This document shows positions 26,201-35,465 of a stretch of 54,511 bases of DNA, one piece after another. Numbering within the stretch: the first letter of the stretch is position 1; each line of letters begins with the position of its first letter. The DNA lies in IMG/VR virus record IMGVR_UViG_3300042475_000999, positions 1 through 54,511 of that record; one strand, 5' to 3'. Made by a program: the position numbers and the translations under genes. The DNA comes from a virus (Duplodnaviria; Caudoviricetes). A model generated the notes under the pieces. The model saw only the letters and a program-made list of their open reading frames with translations. It was not told the DNA's origin and did not search any database.

Positions 26201-28889
26201 TCTTGATGACGTAGGCAACTCGCAGATGATTGACTTGCGCAATGATGTCAGTGAAAGAGCAAGAGAACAGTTTATGAATACGTATGCAGAGTTGGCAAGA
26301 CAGCAAGGTCTTACTACTGTGACCATAGACAACATTGCAGATTTTGGACGTGCATTAAGCGGTTTACGTGACGACATAAACGCACAGATTGCGCACAATA
26401 GAACAGCGGGCTTTGAAGGTAGGGCAGTTGCCGAGGCTTTCACAAACGTTAATGACGTACTTAATAGGCATATTGACAACTTGGCAACAGGACCGGATGA
26501 GGCTGCTGCAGTGGCTGGTGCCTTGATGGCTGACCCTGAGCTTTTTGCTAATGCGCCTGCGCCACGACAAACCGGCGCATTACCCCCTGATGAGTTTGAT
26601 GCACTAACTAGGCGCGTAATGGCAGACTTTGCTGACGACCCTGTTAGAATGAGAAACTTAATTCGCAATTTGCAGCTTGGGTTTACTGATTTACAAACAA
26701 TTGCAAACTTGCCTTTTGAGCAACAAGCAATAACAGCAGCTGCACTTGGCGACGCATTAGAACGCGCAACGCTTAACCCTAATGGTGTACCTGCGCCGCA
26801 ACCAAACAATCAGGCTGAAGTTGCACAAACAATTCGTGACATGGCTGCGCAACGCACTGAAAACTTACGACAGATTGACCCAGACTTAGGCAATCAGATG
26901 GATACCATTGTCACTGAAACTGCTGCGTTTTATTCACCTGCAACTGCGCCTCGAAGGTTTGCGAATGCTATTCGCGGTGCAGGGATTCAGGCTGAAGCTG
27001 AAGCTTTGCGCAATGCATTAGCAGCATTGGCAAACACAGTTGACTCGATTGTTGACCTCGCTGATCAACTTCCTGCGCAACTGCCTGCAGTTCGTGAGCC
27101 TGACGAGTTTGACCCCGAGACTTTCTTTAGCAACTATGTTGAAGATCTTAGACGCACAATGCCAACAGATGATCTCATACGCTTTACGCGTGAGGTTGAA
27201 AACATTGCCCAATTTTTGAGCATGCGCGATAACACTGCAGAATTTGTAACGCGTCTACGTAGAGCCGGTGATCTTGCGCAATCTGAAATTACTGAGCTTA
27301 CGTTGTATGACCTTGCAGACCAGCTTGAGACTCGTATGCAAGAGCAACAAGAAGCGCAGCATCAACGTATGCTTGAGCCTATACGCGATCGAGAGGTCTT
27401 AAGCTTACTTGCAGACCCTGAGATAGACCCTGAAAATTTACGTGCCGTAGCATTTGCAATGGATGGTATGCCTAATGAGTATTGGTCGCCTTTATCAGAG
27501 CAGTATCGACGTGATGCAGTTATGCAATTACGTGAACGTGCCAATTACGGTGAGTTCAATGCTCGAAACTTTGCTGAGCGCCTTGCAACCGACGCAGGCT
27601 TAGACCTCGTTGAATTGCGCGATACAGTGGAAGCTTTAAATAATGAGCAGTTTGATCACGAGGTTTTACGAGGCTTACCTTTTGCAGAACGTAATCGTTC
27701 GGCGCAACGTACTGCAATGGAATTGTCGCAACTTATAAACCAGATTCAAAATGGCGAAGCCATTATCCCTCAGCAAATTGCGCAAGCACCCGACTTAGCG
27801 CATATAGGCACTGATTTGCTTAGAGATCAAATCACGCAAATGGAAACTGATACTGGCGGCGTCTGGGATCGCGTGAATCAGTCTATTGATCGCGTGTTAG
27901 GCGTTGCAAGACGCCAAGGCGCGGACGCAGATGCTGTGGGTCGCGCAATTAGGCAAGGCGTGTACATGGATCCAGACTCTACGCCTATAGAGCGTGAATA
28001 CATAGCGCGTGAGGTAGTTGCAGGTTTGCAAATGGACGCGCAACGTCCTGCACTTGCGCAAGCTGATCAACGTGAATTAGGTATTGGCAATCAACGACCT
28101 GTTGAAGTCACGCCTGCGGACCAAACTGACGCCAACATGATTGTTACGGCTTTGGATGAAGCGTACTATCAAGATGCTGATTCACCGCAGCAGGCACTGG
28201 CTCAAATTAACCAGAATCTTAGCTTGTTGCGTGATAGACCTACCGCTGCATTTGACGCTATTGTAGGCCCTGCAGGCGATGAATTTACGTACTCACCCGC
28301 ACTTGTGCAGGCCATGATCAATGAGCTTGAGATTCTTCGCAGTCAGTACCAAGCACTTATTGCAGGTGGCAACGCCAATGGCGGTCCAGTTCGTGGTTAC
28401 CAAGCCGGTGGATCAGTCAAAAAACCTGAAGTTAAAACGCCGTACCTGTTCAGTGTCCCGACTTACTCTGAGACTGTGGCCTATGAGATGTACCCCGGCC
28501 AAAAAGGGCAGAATGACCAGCGGGACGCTGCAAGACACATGTTGGCGGCAGGCACGCTTTCACGTAAGTATGGACCTAAGACTGCTGAGTTCCTAGGCAA
28601 AGCACACGAGTTTACGACTTCTCCACTCCAATCTGTCAAGTCCATGTTTACGGGTAAAATGCCTGCTGACTATGATATGGATACCCACAATAACACGATT
28701 GGGGCAAGGTTGGGGCAACGTGCTAAGTCACAGGCAGAGCTGGAAGATCTTGTACAAGAAGAAGCTGAGCGCGCATCTCGTACACAAACTCAGGATAAAG
28801 CCTTCATCAAGAAGGCAAATGGTGGTATAGTCCAACAAAATCCGACTACAGACCAAATGCGGTATGCACTTATGATGCGGAGAAAATAA
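23298..28889 (+). CDS. Giant (1863 aa) multidomain protein, polyvalent-protein-like, with PcfJ-like and C-terminal DUF6973-like domains
   Basis: EDTAVLDHCVG...IISVRD..GLPQATL (PcfJ-like); DAARHMLAAG..HE..MDTHNNTIG; three xxGGxV motifs near the C-terminus. Confidence 0.7.
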   Translation: MYEVPFGEEGGSGDLDKMRLALAKQNRPAPTPPSAASQIPGYGKPVPPAQTKPDPLGAAAGNFTELATKYNPLMMMKSMQESVRTLNPVPPIAGAWADVAQNVQTAGAEAMYDILGNPQGIMKMQKNYVPVTTGRFYQAPTTQLGKEFETDVTKAMDASKMPAVWPMALNQPIRPPITPNDVRVMGAEATRIGRQVKDIPTDFYNAQSGLQKLDPITGQPTYGAKLQGVAESVGDIAAARRAEGKSLIPGIPDVVTPETSLYAVRPQGSRLVRPTVPEGANLSRTWDKEVLEDVSTGPMSPSGAWNVIDNTVLAQGPQRTAFRKFMEDKYKEMYPDAPSITEAKDAFQTMYNNRDTRAAKVLEFYDEFLQAPEGAIVGANNLLTPTEVKARHDAASQWLNSNLLNYIQKNVGTEGDPLVKAASEGLTFLPSEKYENALQSTGGKSNVEENRRRGNMPIEGSLAEPIAKKESELAEAQSKLNEIEAKRRNLSDIAMKQGLPDPAMLPEYAALTNPVRNAVRERDRVEEQLDNLKLGRKYEAAVDYGVTPHTAEDFLGRKLEYSERQFYPTVLKTPPQENVYRTYGAHLDALGFNKLAQSFYSDVMSGDIPLDKVGKMTVENYVRKTAKARVDEERLAKEAAKAYKRNAEATLQQRAAAIPNDKTFGNAGMIELTKDTPEYDIIRTMSEDTAVLDHCVGQGGSARGSEDRNPWYGNSQRSYEPILDLVTGQPNPRASSDRTSYVNYVQNGDKIISVRDLTTGLPQATLHLEQSRIGNSGQQKYSIGYASGHQNGDIDAKYSGAIRDYLNSIADEIDSSGHNLQSHAGVFDMYDGGFLNDMRKQLNMSKQELSKYNLEDMLPRFMTVSDARAAIKAANLANAEPAKAELIELNAAIEDAIQEHADLMRVARRRPMDDADRNHVAELEANINTMRQRIRDLEQPVVAPVPATQSNMTYRTPSLVEANTIIGSLDDVGNSQMIDLRNDVSERAREQFMNTYAELARQQGLTTVTIDNIADFGRALSGLRDDINAQIAHNRTAGFEGRAVAEAFTNVNDVLNRHIDNLATGPDEAAAVAGALMADPELFANAPAPRQTGALPPDEFDALTRRVMADFADDPVRMRNLIRNLQLGFTDLQTIANLPFEQQAITAAALGDALERATLNPNGVPAPQPNNQAEVAQTIRDMAAQRTENLRQIDPDLGNQMDTIVTETAAFYSPATAPRRFANAIRGAGIQAEAEALRNALAALANTVDSIVDLADQLPAQLPAVREPDEFDPETFFSNYVEDLRRTMPTDDLIRFTREVENIAQFLSMRDNTAEFVTRLRRAGDLAQSEITELTLYDLADQLETRMQEQQEAQHQRMLEPIRDREVLSLLADPEIDPENLRAVAFAMDGMPNEYWSPLSEQYRRDAVMQLRERANYGEFNARNFAERLATDAGLDLVELRDTVEALNNEQFDHEVLRGLPFAERNRSAQRTAMELSQLINQIQNGEAIIPQQIAQAPDLAHIGTDLLRDQITQMETDTGGVWDRVNQSIDRVLGVARRQGADADAVGRAIRQGVYMDPDSTPIEREYIAREVVAGLQMDAQRPALAQADQRELGIGNQRPVEVTPADQTDANMIVTALDEAYYQDADSPQQALAQINQNLSLLRDRPTAAFDAIVGPAGDEFTYSPALVQAMINELEILRSQYQALIAGGNANGGPVRGYQAGGSVKKPEVKTPYLFSVPTYSETVAYEMYPGQKGQNDQRDAARHMLAAGTLSRKYGPKTAEFLGKAHEFTTSPLQSVKSMFTGKMPADYDMDTHNNTIGARLGQRAKSQAELEDLVQEEAERASRTQTQDKAFIKKANGGIVQQNPTTDQMRYALMMRRK

Positions 28890-28892
28890 TTT

Positions 28893-31433
28893 ATGGCCAC
28901 ACAGATGCCAATCCCACCGGACTTCGATCGCTTTATCGAGCCTATGTCAGACGAAGAAGTCGAAGCCGCTGGGCCTTCTGCTCTCACCATGTTTGATGAG
29001 ATGGAAGATGAGACTTCGGAAGTAGAGGAATTGCCCGATGGCTCGGCCATCGTAAGAATGGAAGATGATTCCAAAGGGCCTGAGGGTGAGCCTGACTTCT
29101 ACGAGAACTTAGCTGATGTACTTACCAGCTACGATCTCAGTAAATTAGCTCATAAGTACGTTGAGCTGATTGAGAAAGACAAAGAAGCTCGTGAAGAGCG
29201 TGATAAGCAATACGAAGAAGGTCTGCGTCGTACTGGCTTAGGCCATGATGCACCGGGCGGCGCACAGTTTACCGGAGCCAGCAAGGTTGTCCACCCTGTT
29301 ATGGCTGAGGCGTGCGTTGACTTTTCAGCTCGCGCCATTAAAGAACTATTCCCCGCCGATGGGCCGGTTAAAACCAAGATTATTGGCGAGACTACTGACG
29401 AGAAGGTAGAACGCGCCGAGCGTAAGCGCGACTACATGAACTGGCAGCTCACTGAGCAGATTGAAGAATACCGCGATGAGGAAGAGCAGTTGCTGACGCA
29501 GTTGCCGCTTGGTGGTAGCCAATACATGAAGATTTGGTACGACGAGCAGAAGCGCAGGCCTTGCGCTGAGTTTGTACCAATTGATAACGTGTACTTGCCC
29601 TTTGCAGCTGTAAACTTCTACACCGCAGGCCGCGTAACGGAAGTACAAGACATTACGCAGGAAGTATTTGAAGAACGCGTTGATAGTGGTTTATACATTG
29701 ACATTGATATTGTTCGTGCCAGCATGGAGCCTGAAGAGTCCAAGGCTGAAAAGGCAAACAATAAGATTGAGGGTCGTAAGAGCCAAGCGGATAACGTAGA
29801 CGGCGTTCGCCGTGTATATCACATCTACACTTGGCTGAACCTTGATGATGACAATTACTCAGATGGCAAGCGCGCCCCGTACATCTTGATGATTGATGAT
29901 CTAACAACCGAGGTTGTTGGCTTGTACCGCAACTGGGCTGATGGTGATGACACCATGGCCAAGCTGGACTGGTTGATTGAGTTTAAGTTCATTCCATGGC
30001 GAGGTGCTTATGCAATCGGTTTACCGCATCTTATTGGTGGCTTATCTGCAGCGCTTACCGGCGCATTGCGAGCGTTGCTGGATTCCGCGCATATTACTAC
30101 GGCGCCCACAATGCTTAAGCTCAAAGGCGCCAAGATATCAGGCCAGTCATTAACCATTGAGCCTACGCAGGTCAGTGAGATTGAAGGCGCACCGGGTGTG
30201 GATGACATTCGTAAGATTGCCATGCCATTGCCATTTAACCAGCCCTCTCCTGTGCTGCTTGAATTGCTAGGTTGGTTATCCAATGCCGCTAAGGGCGTGG
30301 TCACCACGAGCGAAGAAAAGATTGCAGACATTACATCTAACGCGCCGGTTGGCACAACGCAAGCTTTAATTGAGCAAGGCGCTGCGGTGTTTAGCGCTGT
30401 GCATGCTCGCTTGCATGACTCACAACGCCGTGTGTTGAAAGTTATTGCAAGGCTGAATAACTGGTACTTGGATGAGCAGGTCAAGGGCGACATGGTTGAG
30501 GACTTGGAAGTCACTAAAGAAGACTTTGCCAAGAACTCAGATATTGTTCCAGTGTCTGACCCTCATATCTTTGCTGAAACGCAACGGTACGCGCAGATTC
30601 AGACTTTGGCTGCACGAGCTCAGGCCAACCCTGACTTATACAACCGCCTTGCTGTTGAGAAACGAATCCTCAAGCAGATTAAGTTGCCTGACATTAACGA
30701 GGTTCTGCCTGATCCTAATGAGGTGAAGGAAATGAACCCCGCATTGGAGAATGTGGCCATGACATTTGGTCGCCACGCCGGTGCGTTCCCGCGGCAAGAT
30801 CACTTGGCTCATATTCAGGTTCACTTGGATTATTTGCAAGACCCAATGTATGGTGCCAATCCAATCATGGCTCCGGCTTTCATTCCATTGTGCTTAGAGC
30901 ATGTAAAGCAGCACTTGACCCTGTGGTATCTTAACCAAGTGGATTCTTATAGCAGCGCGGCGTTGAATAGGCCATTTAATGTTTTGAAAGAGCAGACACT
31001 GCCGCAAGGCGCGGATCAGTTGCTTGCAGCAGTTGCGCAGCATGTGCATAAGGATACTGGTGAGACCTTTAAGGCATTGCCACCTATCATCCAAAACGCC
31101 ATTGCTGCCATTAAGCAATTGTCAGGCCAACCGCCTACCGACCCCGCAACTCAAGCATTCATCCAAACCAGCATGGCAGAGACACAGCGCCGCGCTACCA
31201 AGGATCAAGCCGAGATGCAGTTGGAAGCTGCAAAGCTTCAGCAAGACATGCAACTTGCAACTCAGAAACTCCAAGCCGATATGGCTAAGAATACTGAGAA
31301 CAATCTTACGCAAGAAAGAATTAAGTCAGCGGACCTTACGCGCGATGCCGCTAACTTACAGTATGAGCAGGTTAAAACTGCTTTAGAAGCGCAGAATCTA
31401 ATTCAACAAACCCTAGGAGCTCAAAATGGCTGA
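28893..31433 (+). CDS. Portal protein (P22-like)
   Basis: HPVMAEACVDFSARAIKELFP.DGPVK, YMNWQL, LPLGGS..K, GLPHLIG, NAPVGTT.ALIEQG, C-terminal coiled-coil barrel. Confidence 0.9.
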   Translation: MATQMPIPPDFDRFIEPMSDEEVEAAGPSALTMFDEMEDETSEVEELPDGSAIVRMEDDSKGPEGEPDFYENLADVLTSYDLSKLAHKYVELIEKDKEAREERDKQYEEGLRRTGLGHDAPGGAQFTGASKVVHPVMAEACVDFSARAIKELFPADGPVKTKIIGETTDEKVERAERKRDYMNWQLTEQIEEYRDEEEQLLTQLPLGGSQYMKIWYDEQKRRPCAEFVPIDNVYLPFAAVNFYTAGRVTEVQDITQEVFEERVDSGLYIDIDIVRASMEPEESKAEKANNKIEGRKSQADNVDGVRRVYHIYTWLNLDDDNYSDGKRAPYILMIDDLTTEVVGLYRNWADGDDTMAKLDWLIEFKFIPWRGAYAIGLPHLIGGLSAALTGALRALLDSAHITTAPTMLKLKGAKISGQSLTIEPTQVSEIEGAPGVDDIRKIAMPLPFNQPSPVLLELLGWLSNAAKGVVTTSEEKIADITSNAPVGTTQALIEQGAAVFSAVHARLHDSQRRVLKVIARLNNWYLDEQVKGDMVEDLEVTKEDFAKNSDIVPVSDPHIFAETQRYAQIQTLAARAQANPDLYNRLAVEKRILKQIKLPDINEVLPDPNEVKEMNPALENVAMTFGRHAGAFPRQDHLAHIQVHLDYLQDPMYGANPIMAPAFIPLCLEHVKQHLTLWYLNQVDSYSSAALNRPFNVLKEQTLPQGADQLLAAVAQHVHKDTGETFKALPPIIQNAIAAIKQLSGQPPTDPATQAFIQTSMAETQRRATKDQAEMQLEAAKLQQDMQLATQKLQADMAKNTENNLTQERIKSADLTRDAANLQYEQVKTALEAQNLIQQTLGAQNG

Positions 31434-31725
31434 TGAAGGAATTAACATGCACAAACGCTTGGCAATGGGGGCAGGTGAGTCCACAGCCAAAGCTAAAGGC
31501 AAAAGTGTTATTCAAAAATACAAATCAGGCGGCAGTGTGATGTCTGAATCTCGCGTGGCAAACTTGCCTGCAAAAGGTTCAGCACCTCCACCACTTGCTC
31601 GCCCTGCTCCCGGCGCAGCCGGCAAAATTGCGACGATGAAAAAAGGCGGAGCCGCTAAGAAGATGTCTGGCTTTGCTGTAACCATTGCAATCCCCGTGAA
31701 GAAGTCTGCAGGTCGTGGCCGCTAA
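31426..31725 (+). CDS. Small basic head-region protein with xKxGG motifs
   Basis: YKSGGSV and MKKGGAA; Lys-rich; GGAG SD. Confidence 0.7.
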   Translation: MADEGINMHKRLAMGAGESTAKAKGKSVIQKYKSGGSVMSESRVANLPAKGSAPPPLARPAPGAAGKIATMKKGGAAKKMSGFAVTIAIPVKKSAGRGR

Positions 31726-31727
31726 AC

Positions 31728-31919
31728 ATGGCTATTCTTGCAGATTTCATTGGTCAAATTAAGCAAAGGCAAGATCAAATTGCTGAATCCCTAGTTCAGG
31801 GAAACGCAGTCAATTTTGAAACCTACCAGCGCTTAGTTGGCCAGCACCAAGGCTTGGAGGAAGCCTTGTCTATCATTAATCAACTTTTAGAAGAGGAAAA
31901 GAATGTCGAACGACGTTGA
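31728..31919 (+). CDS. Small conserved head-region protein
   Basis: L..G....FE.YQ.LVG...GL..A pattern; typical gene between portal and GroES. Confidence 0.7.
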   Translation: MAILADFIGQIKQRQDQIAESLVQGNAVNFETYQRLVGQHQGLEEALSIINQLLEEEKNVERR

Positions 31920-32325
31920 ACAGACGCTTGGAGAAGCGTTTCCTGTAATAGACCCTTTAATGGCACCGTATGGCGCAAGGATACTTGTGCAGTTACGAGC
32001 AGTTAAAGAAAAAGTCTCATCTGCTGGAATTTTTATTCCACAAGAAACTAAAGAGACCGAGAAATGGAATACCCAAGTTGGGAAAGTCATTGCAATCGGG
32101 CCTCTTGCTTTTAAGAAACGCGAGTCCATGGAGTCTTGGCCTGAAGGCGCATGGGCACAGGTAGGCGACTTTGTTCGCGTACCAAAGTGGGGCGGTGATC
32201 GATGGGAGATTGATTTCAAAGACGAGCAAGGTGCAGAGGGCAAATGCCTTTTTACCTTCTTCAATGATCATGAACTCATTGGCAAAGTCACTGGCGACCC
32301 TCGTGACATTAAAGCTTTTATTTAA
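31903..32325 (+). CDS. groES: GroES/Cpn10-like co-chaperonin
   Basis: PYGARILVQ, SAGIFIP mobile loop, GKVIAIGP, VGDFVRVPKWGG. Confidence 0.85.
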   Translation: MSNDVEQTLGEAFPVIDPLMAPYGARILVQLRAVKEKVSSAGIFIPQETKETEKWNTQVGKVIAIGPLAFKKRESMESWPEGAWAQVGDFVRVPKWGGDRWEIDFKDEQGAEGKCLFTFFNDHELIGKVTGDPRDIKAFI

Positions 32326-32343
32326 GCTTTGAAAGGATGATAT

Positions 32344-33336
32344 ATGAATGCAACTGAAAAGTTGGAAATGCAGGTCGATGAGACCAAAGACGGGTCTGCA
32401 ATTGCGCAACTACCCGAAGGAATGTCAAATCCCCAGTCTGAAGATCTAGATGATGACGAAGATGGCGTATCTAATGCATCAGGTGACACTGAGGGACCCG
32501 GAGACGACGGTGGTGAAGGTTCTACCACAGACGATCCGGAAAGAGAGGCCATTCGTGCCGCTCGACGTGATGAAAGAAGGCTTAAGAAGCAACTTCATCG
32601 TGAAAAAGCCCGTGAATCTAATCATTTAATCACGGCATTGCGAAAACAAAACTCGCAAATGGCGGAGCGAGTAGCTCTTTTGGAGAAACGCACGTCTGGT
32701 GCCGAGCTAGCAAGGGTTGATAAGGCCATTGATGACGCTGGTACAAGGCTTGAGTACGCCAAAATGAAGCTACAAGAGGCTGTCAATGCTCGAAATGGTG
32801 AAGAAGTTACCAAAGCTCAGCAGCTCTGGTACGATAGCCAACGGCATTTAGAGTCTTTGCAGTCATTGCGTGAAAATGCTAACAAGCAGCTTTCGCAATC
32901 CTCGCAAAGCATCAAACTTCCCGATCCAATGGTCCAGAAAATGGCCTCAGATTGGATCGATAAGAATAAGTGGTATGACCCCCAATTGAAGGATGCAGAT
33001 TCTAAGATTGCTCAGACCATTGACGTGGCGTTGACCGAAGAAGGCTACGACCCAGCACTTCCCGACTATTGGGATGAGCTCGACGACAGATTGCAAAAAT
33101 ATTTACCACACCGATATAATTCGGGGTATAGTAATGGTACGAGAAACCAGAGACCGAGGTCTGTTGTGACAAGTTCAGGACGTGATACTACAGCGACGAC
33201 AAGAGCCAACGAATACATCGTTGACCCTAAGCGCGTTGCCGCCATTAAAGAGGCGGGCATGTGGGATAACGTTGAGCAGCGAAACAAAATGATTCGCAAG
33301 TTCGCAGAATATGACAAACAACAGAAACGGAAATAA
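32344..33336 (+). CDS. Putative capsid scaffolding protein
   Basis: Acidic N-terminus, long coiled coil, W..KNKWY and GYDP...YW.ELD.RL motifs; upstream of the capsid genes. Confidence 0.7.
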   Translation: MNATEKLEMQVDETKDGSAIAQLPEGMSNPQSEDLDDDEDGVSNASGDTEGPGDDGGEGSTTDDPEREAIRAARRDERRLKKQLHREKARESNHLITALRKQNSQMAERVALLEKRTSGAELARVDKAIDDAGTRLEYAKMKLQEAVNARNGEEVTKAQQLWYDSQRHLESLQSLRENANKQLSQSSQSIKLPDPMVQKMASDWIDKNKWYDPQLKDADSKIAQTIDVALTEEGYDPALPDYWDELDDRLQKYLPHRYNSGYSNGTRNQRPRSVVTSSGRDTTATTRANEYIVDPKRVAAIKEAGMWDNVEQRNKMIRKFAEYDKQQKRK

Positions 33337-33338
33337 TC

Positions 33339-33875
33339 ATGGATGATCGTATCAAAAAGAATACCAACGCAGGACGTGAGAATCGTGCTATGCAAGATGC
33401 ATCGCGTGCTGCACCTGAAGAAAACTTTGTTTCTTCCGAGGAGCGTCGTAGGATGTTCCGCTCGGAGTGGCTTCAAGAAGCGCTTCCGACCCCTCCCGAG
33501 ATTCCGGGATACCACCTATGCTGGTTGTCTTCTACCAACCAATATGATCCAATTCACAAGCGTATGCGACTGGGCTACGAACCAGTAAAAGCCGAAGAAT
33601 TACCCGGCTTTGAGCATCTGAAAGTGAAAGCTGGTGAACACACAGGTTTTGTTGCTTGCAACGAGATGCTTTTGTATAAATTGCCTATGGACATTTATCA
33701 AGAGCTGATGTATGAACTTCATCACCTTGCCCCTATGGAAGAGCAAGAAAAGATTAAAGTTCAGCAAGAACAATTGCTGGGTGAACGCGATAGCAATGGC
33801 AAGACATTGGTTTCAATTGAAGGCGGCGGTGTAGGATTCGATGCAAAAGTTAAACCACGTCCTGTTTTTGAGTAA
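33339..33875 (+). CDS. Conserved head-region protein
   Basis: P.IPGYHLCWL...R.RLGYEPV motif; between scaffold and capsid genes. Confidence 0.65.
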   Translation: MDDRIKKNTNAGRENRAMQDASRAAPEENFVSSEERRRMFRSEWLQEALPTPPEIPGYHLCWLSSTNQYDPIHKRMRLGYEPVKAEELPGFEHLKVKAGEHTGFVACNEMLLYKLPMDIYQELMYELHHLAPMEEQEKIKVQQEQLLGERDSNGKTLVSIEGGGVGFDAKVKPRPVFE

Positions 33876-33917
33876 ACATGACAAAGTTTTTATTTCAATT
33901 TTTGAAAGGACTCAATC

Positions 33918-34490
33918 ATGAGTGCAACTAATGCGCCGTTTGGTCTTCGTCCCGCGTATCATCCCTCAGGGTTAGATCGCGCTGTGACGTTGGCGGATGG
34001 CATTGCTTCTGCCTATAACACGGCTATCCTAAAAGGTCAACCCGTAAAGTTGAACTCTTCAGGTAATATCGTCGTCGCCGCTGCTGGTGATGCATTCCAA
34101 GGCGCCTTTGCTGGCGTTCAGTGGACTGACACTACCGGCCGTGCTCGTGTATCCAACAACTGGCCCGCAAATACTGCGTACCAAGCTGGCACATGCGTCG
34201 CTTACTACTACAACGATCCCAACATTGTGTATGAGATCCAAGCTGCTGGTTCACTGGCTCAAACTTCCGTGGGTGACATGGCTGATTTGAGCAACACCAC
34301 TGCTGGCTCAACCACAACAGGTTTGTCTGCTTGCACCTTGTCAACCACATTGGTTGGCGCTGGTAATAGCGCACAGATGTTGATTCGTGACTTGGCCCCG
34401 TACCCCGACAATGCTTGGGGCGATGCGTACACGATTGTGCGCGTAACCATTAACGAGTCGCAGTTCAATGCGTCCGTTCTTGCCGTTTAA
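33918..34490 (+). CDS. Putative capsid decoration/minor capsid protein
   Basis: NAPFGLRP start, G.F.GV, DPNIVYEIQ; strong GAAAGGA SD; directly before the MCP. Confidence 0.65.
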   Translation: MSATNAPFGLRPAYHPSGLDRAVTLADGIASAYNTAILKGQPVKLNSSGNIVVAAAGDAFQGAFAGVQWTDTTGRARVSNNWPANTAYQAGTCVAYYYNDPNIVYEIQAAGSLAQTSVGDMADLSNTTAGSTTTGLSACTLSTTLVGAGNSAQMLIRDLAPYPDNAWGDAYTIVRVTINESQFNASVLAV

Positions 34491-34505
34491 AGGAGGGAGT
34501 GAACC

Positions 34506-35420
34506 ATGGCAGCTCCAATGCGCAGTACCGACTTTCGTAGTATTGTCGAACCAATTCTGAATGAATGCTTCGACGGTGTCTACGATCAACGTTCGGACGA
34601 ATGGTCCACGGTCTTCCGTGAACAACAAGGTATTCCACGTAACTACCACGAAGAGCCTGTCTTGTACGGCTTTGGTGCAGCACCTCAGTTGCCTGACGGC
34701 AGCCCTGTTGCTTACCAACAAGGTGGCGTGCTGTTCCTCAAGCGTTACCTCTACAATGTGTATGGCTTGGCCTTCGCATTGACCAAGGTATTGGTTGAAG
34801 ACGGTGACCACATCCGTATTGGTCAAGTTTACGCTAAGCATTTGGCCCAATCTTTGGTGGAAACCAAAGAGACATTGGCAGCCAATGTGTTGAACCAAGC
34901 GTTCAACTCAGCATATGCTGGCGGCGACGGCGTTCAGTTGAATGCTTCTACACACCCACTGGTTAGCGGTACAGCAAGCAATTTGCTGAACACAGCTGCT
35001 AACTTGAGCCAGACTTCCTTGGAGCAGATGCTGATCCAAGTTCGTCAAGCAGTGGACAACAACGGCAAGAAGATCCGTTTGCAACCCCTGAAGTTAGTGG
35101 TTGCTCCCGGTAATGTCTTCCAAGCTGAAGTTCTGTTGAAGAGCGTTCTTCGTGCTGGTACCGCCAACAACGACATCAACCCAATTAAGTCTATTGGTTT
35201 GATGCCTGAAGGTGCTTCAGTTATCTCTCGTTTGACATCTGCCACAGCTTGGTGGGTTCAGACTGATGCCCCTGAAGGCATGAAGTTGATGATGCGCCGT
35301 GGCTTGGAAAAGACCATGGAAGGCGACTTTGAGACCGACTCAATGCGTTATAAGGCCACCGAGCGTTATGACATTGGTTGGACTGACTGGCGCTCAATGT
35401 ACGGTACTCCCGGCGTCTAA
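34506..35420 (+). CDS. Major capsid protein (HK97 fold, Mu gpT-like)
   Basis: EEPVLYGFG.A, ETKETLAANVLN, GGDGV.L....HP, GDFETDSMRYKATERY..GWTDWR..YG; strong SD and biased codons. Confidence 0.9.
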   Translation: MAAPMRSTDFRSIVEPILNECFDGVYDQRSDEWSTVFREQQGIPRNYHEEPVLYGFGAAPQLPDGSPVAYQQGGVLFLKRYLYNVYGLAFALTKVLVEDGDHIRIGQVYAKHLAQSLVETKETLAANVLNQAFNSAYAGGDGVQLNASTHPLVSGTASNLLNTAANLSQTSLEQMLIQVRQAVDNNGKKIRLQPLKLVVAPGNVFQAEVLLKSVLRAGTANNDINPIKSIGLMPEGASVISRLTSATAWWVQTDAPEGMKLMMRRGLEKTMEGDFETDSMRYKATERYDIGWTDWRSMYGTPGV

Positions 35421-35426
35421 ACCCAA

Positions 35427-35446
35427 GTGGGGGCTTCGGCCCCTAC
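35427..35446 (+). terminator. cUUCGg hairpin after the MCP (no U-tract; stabiliser or attenuator)
   Basis: gtgggggc-ttcg-gcccctac. Confidence 0.6.
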
Positions 35447-35465
35447 GTATTAAGGAGAAAAGACA

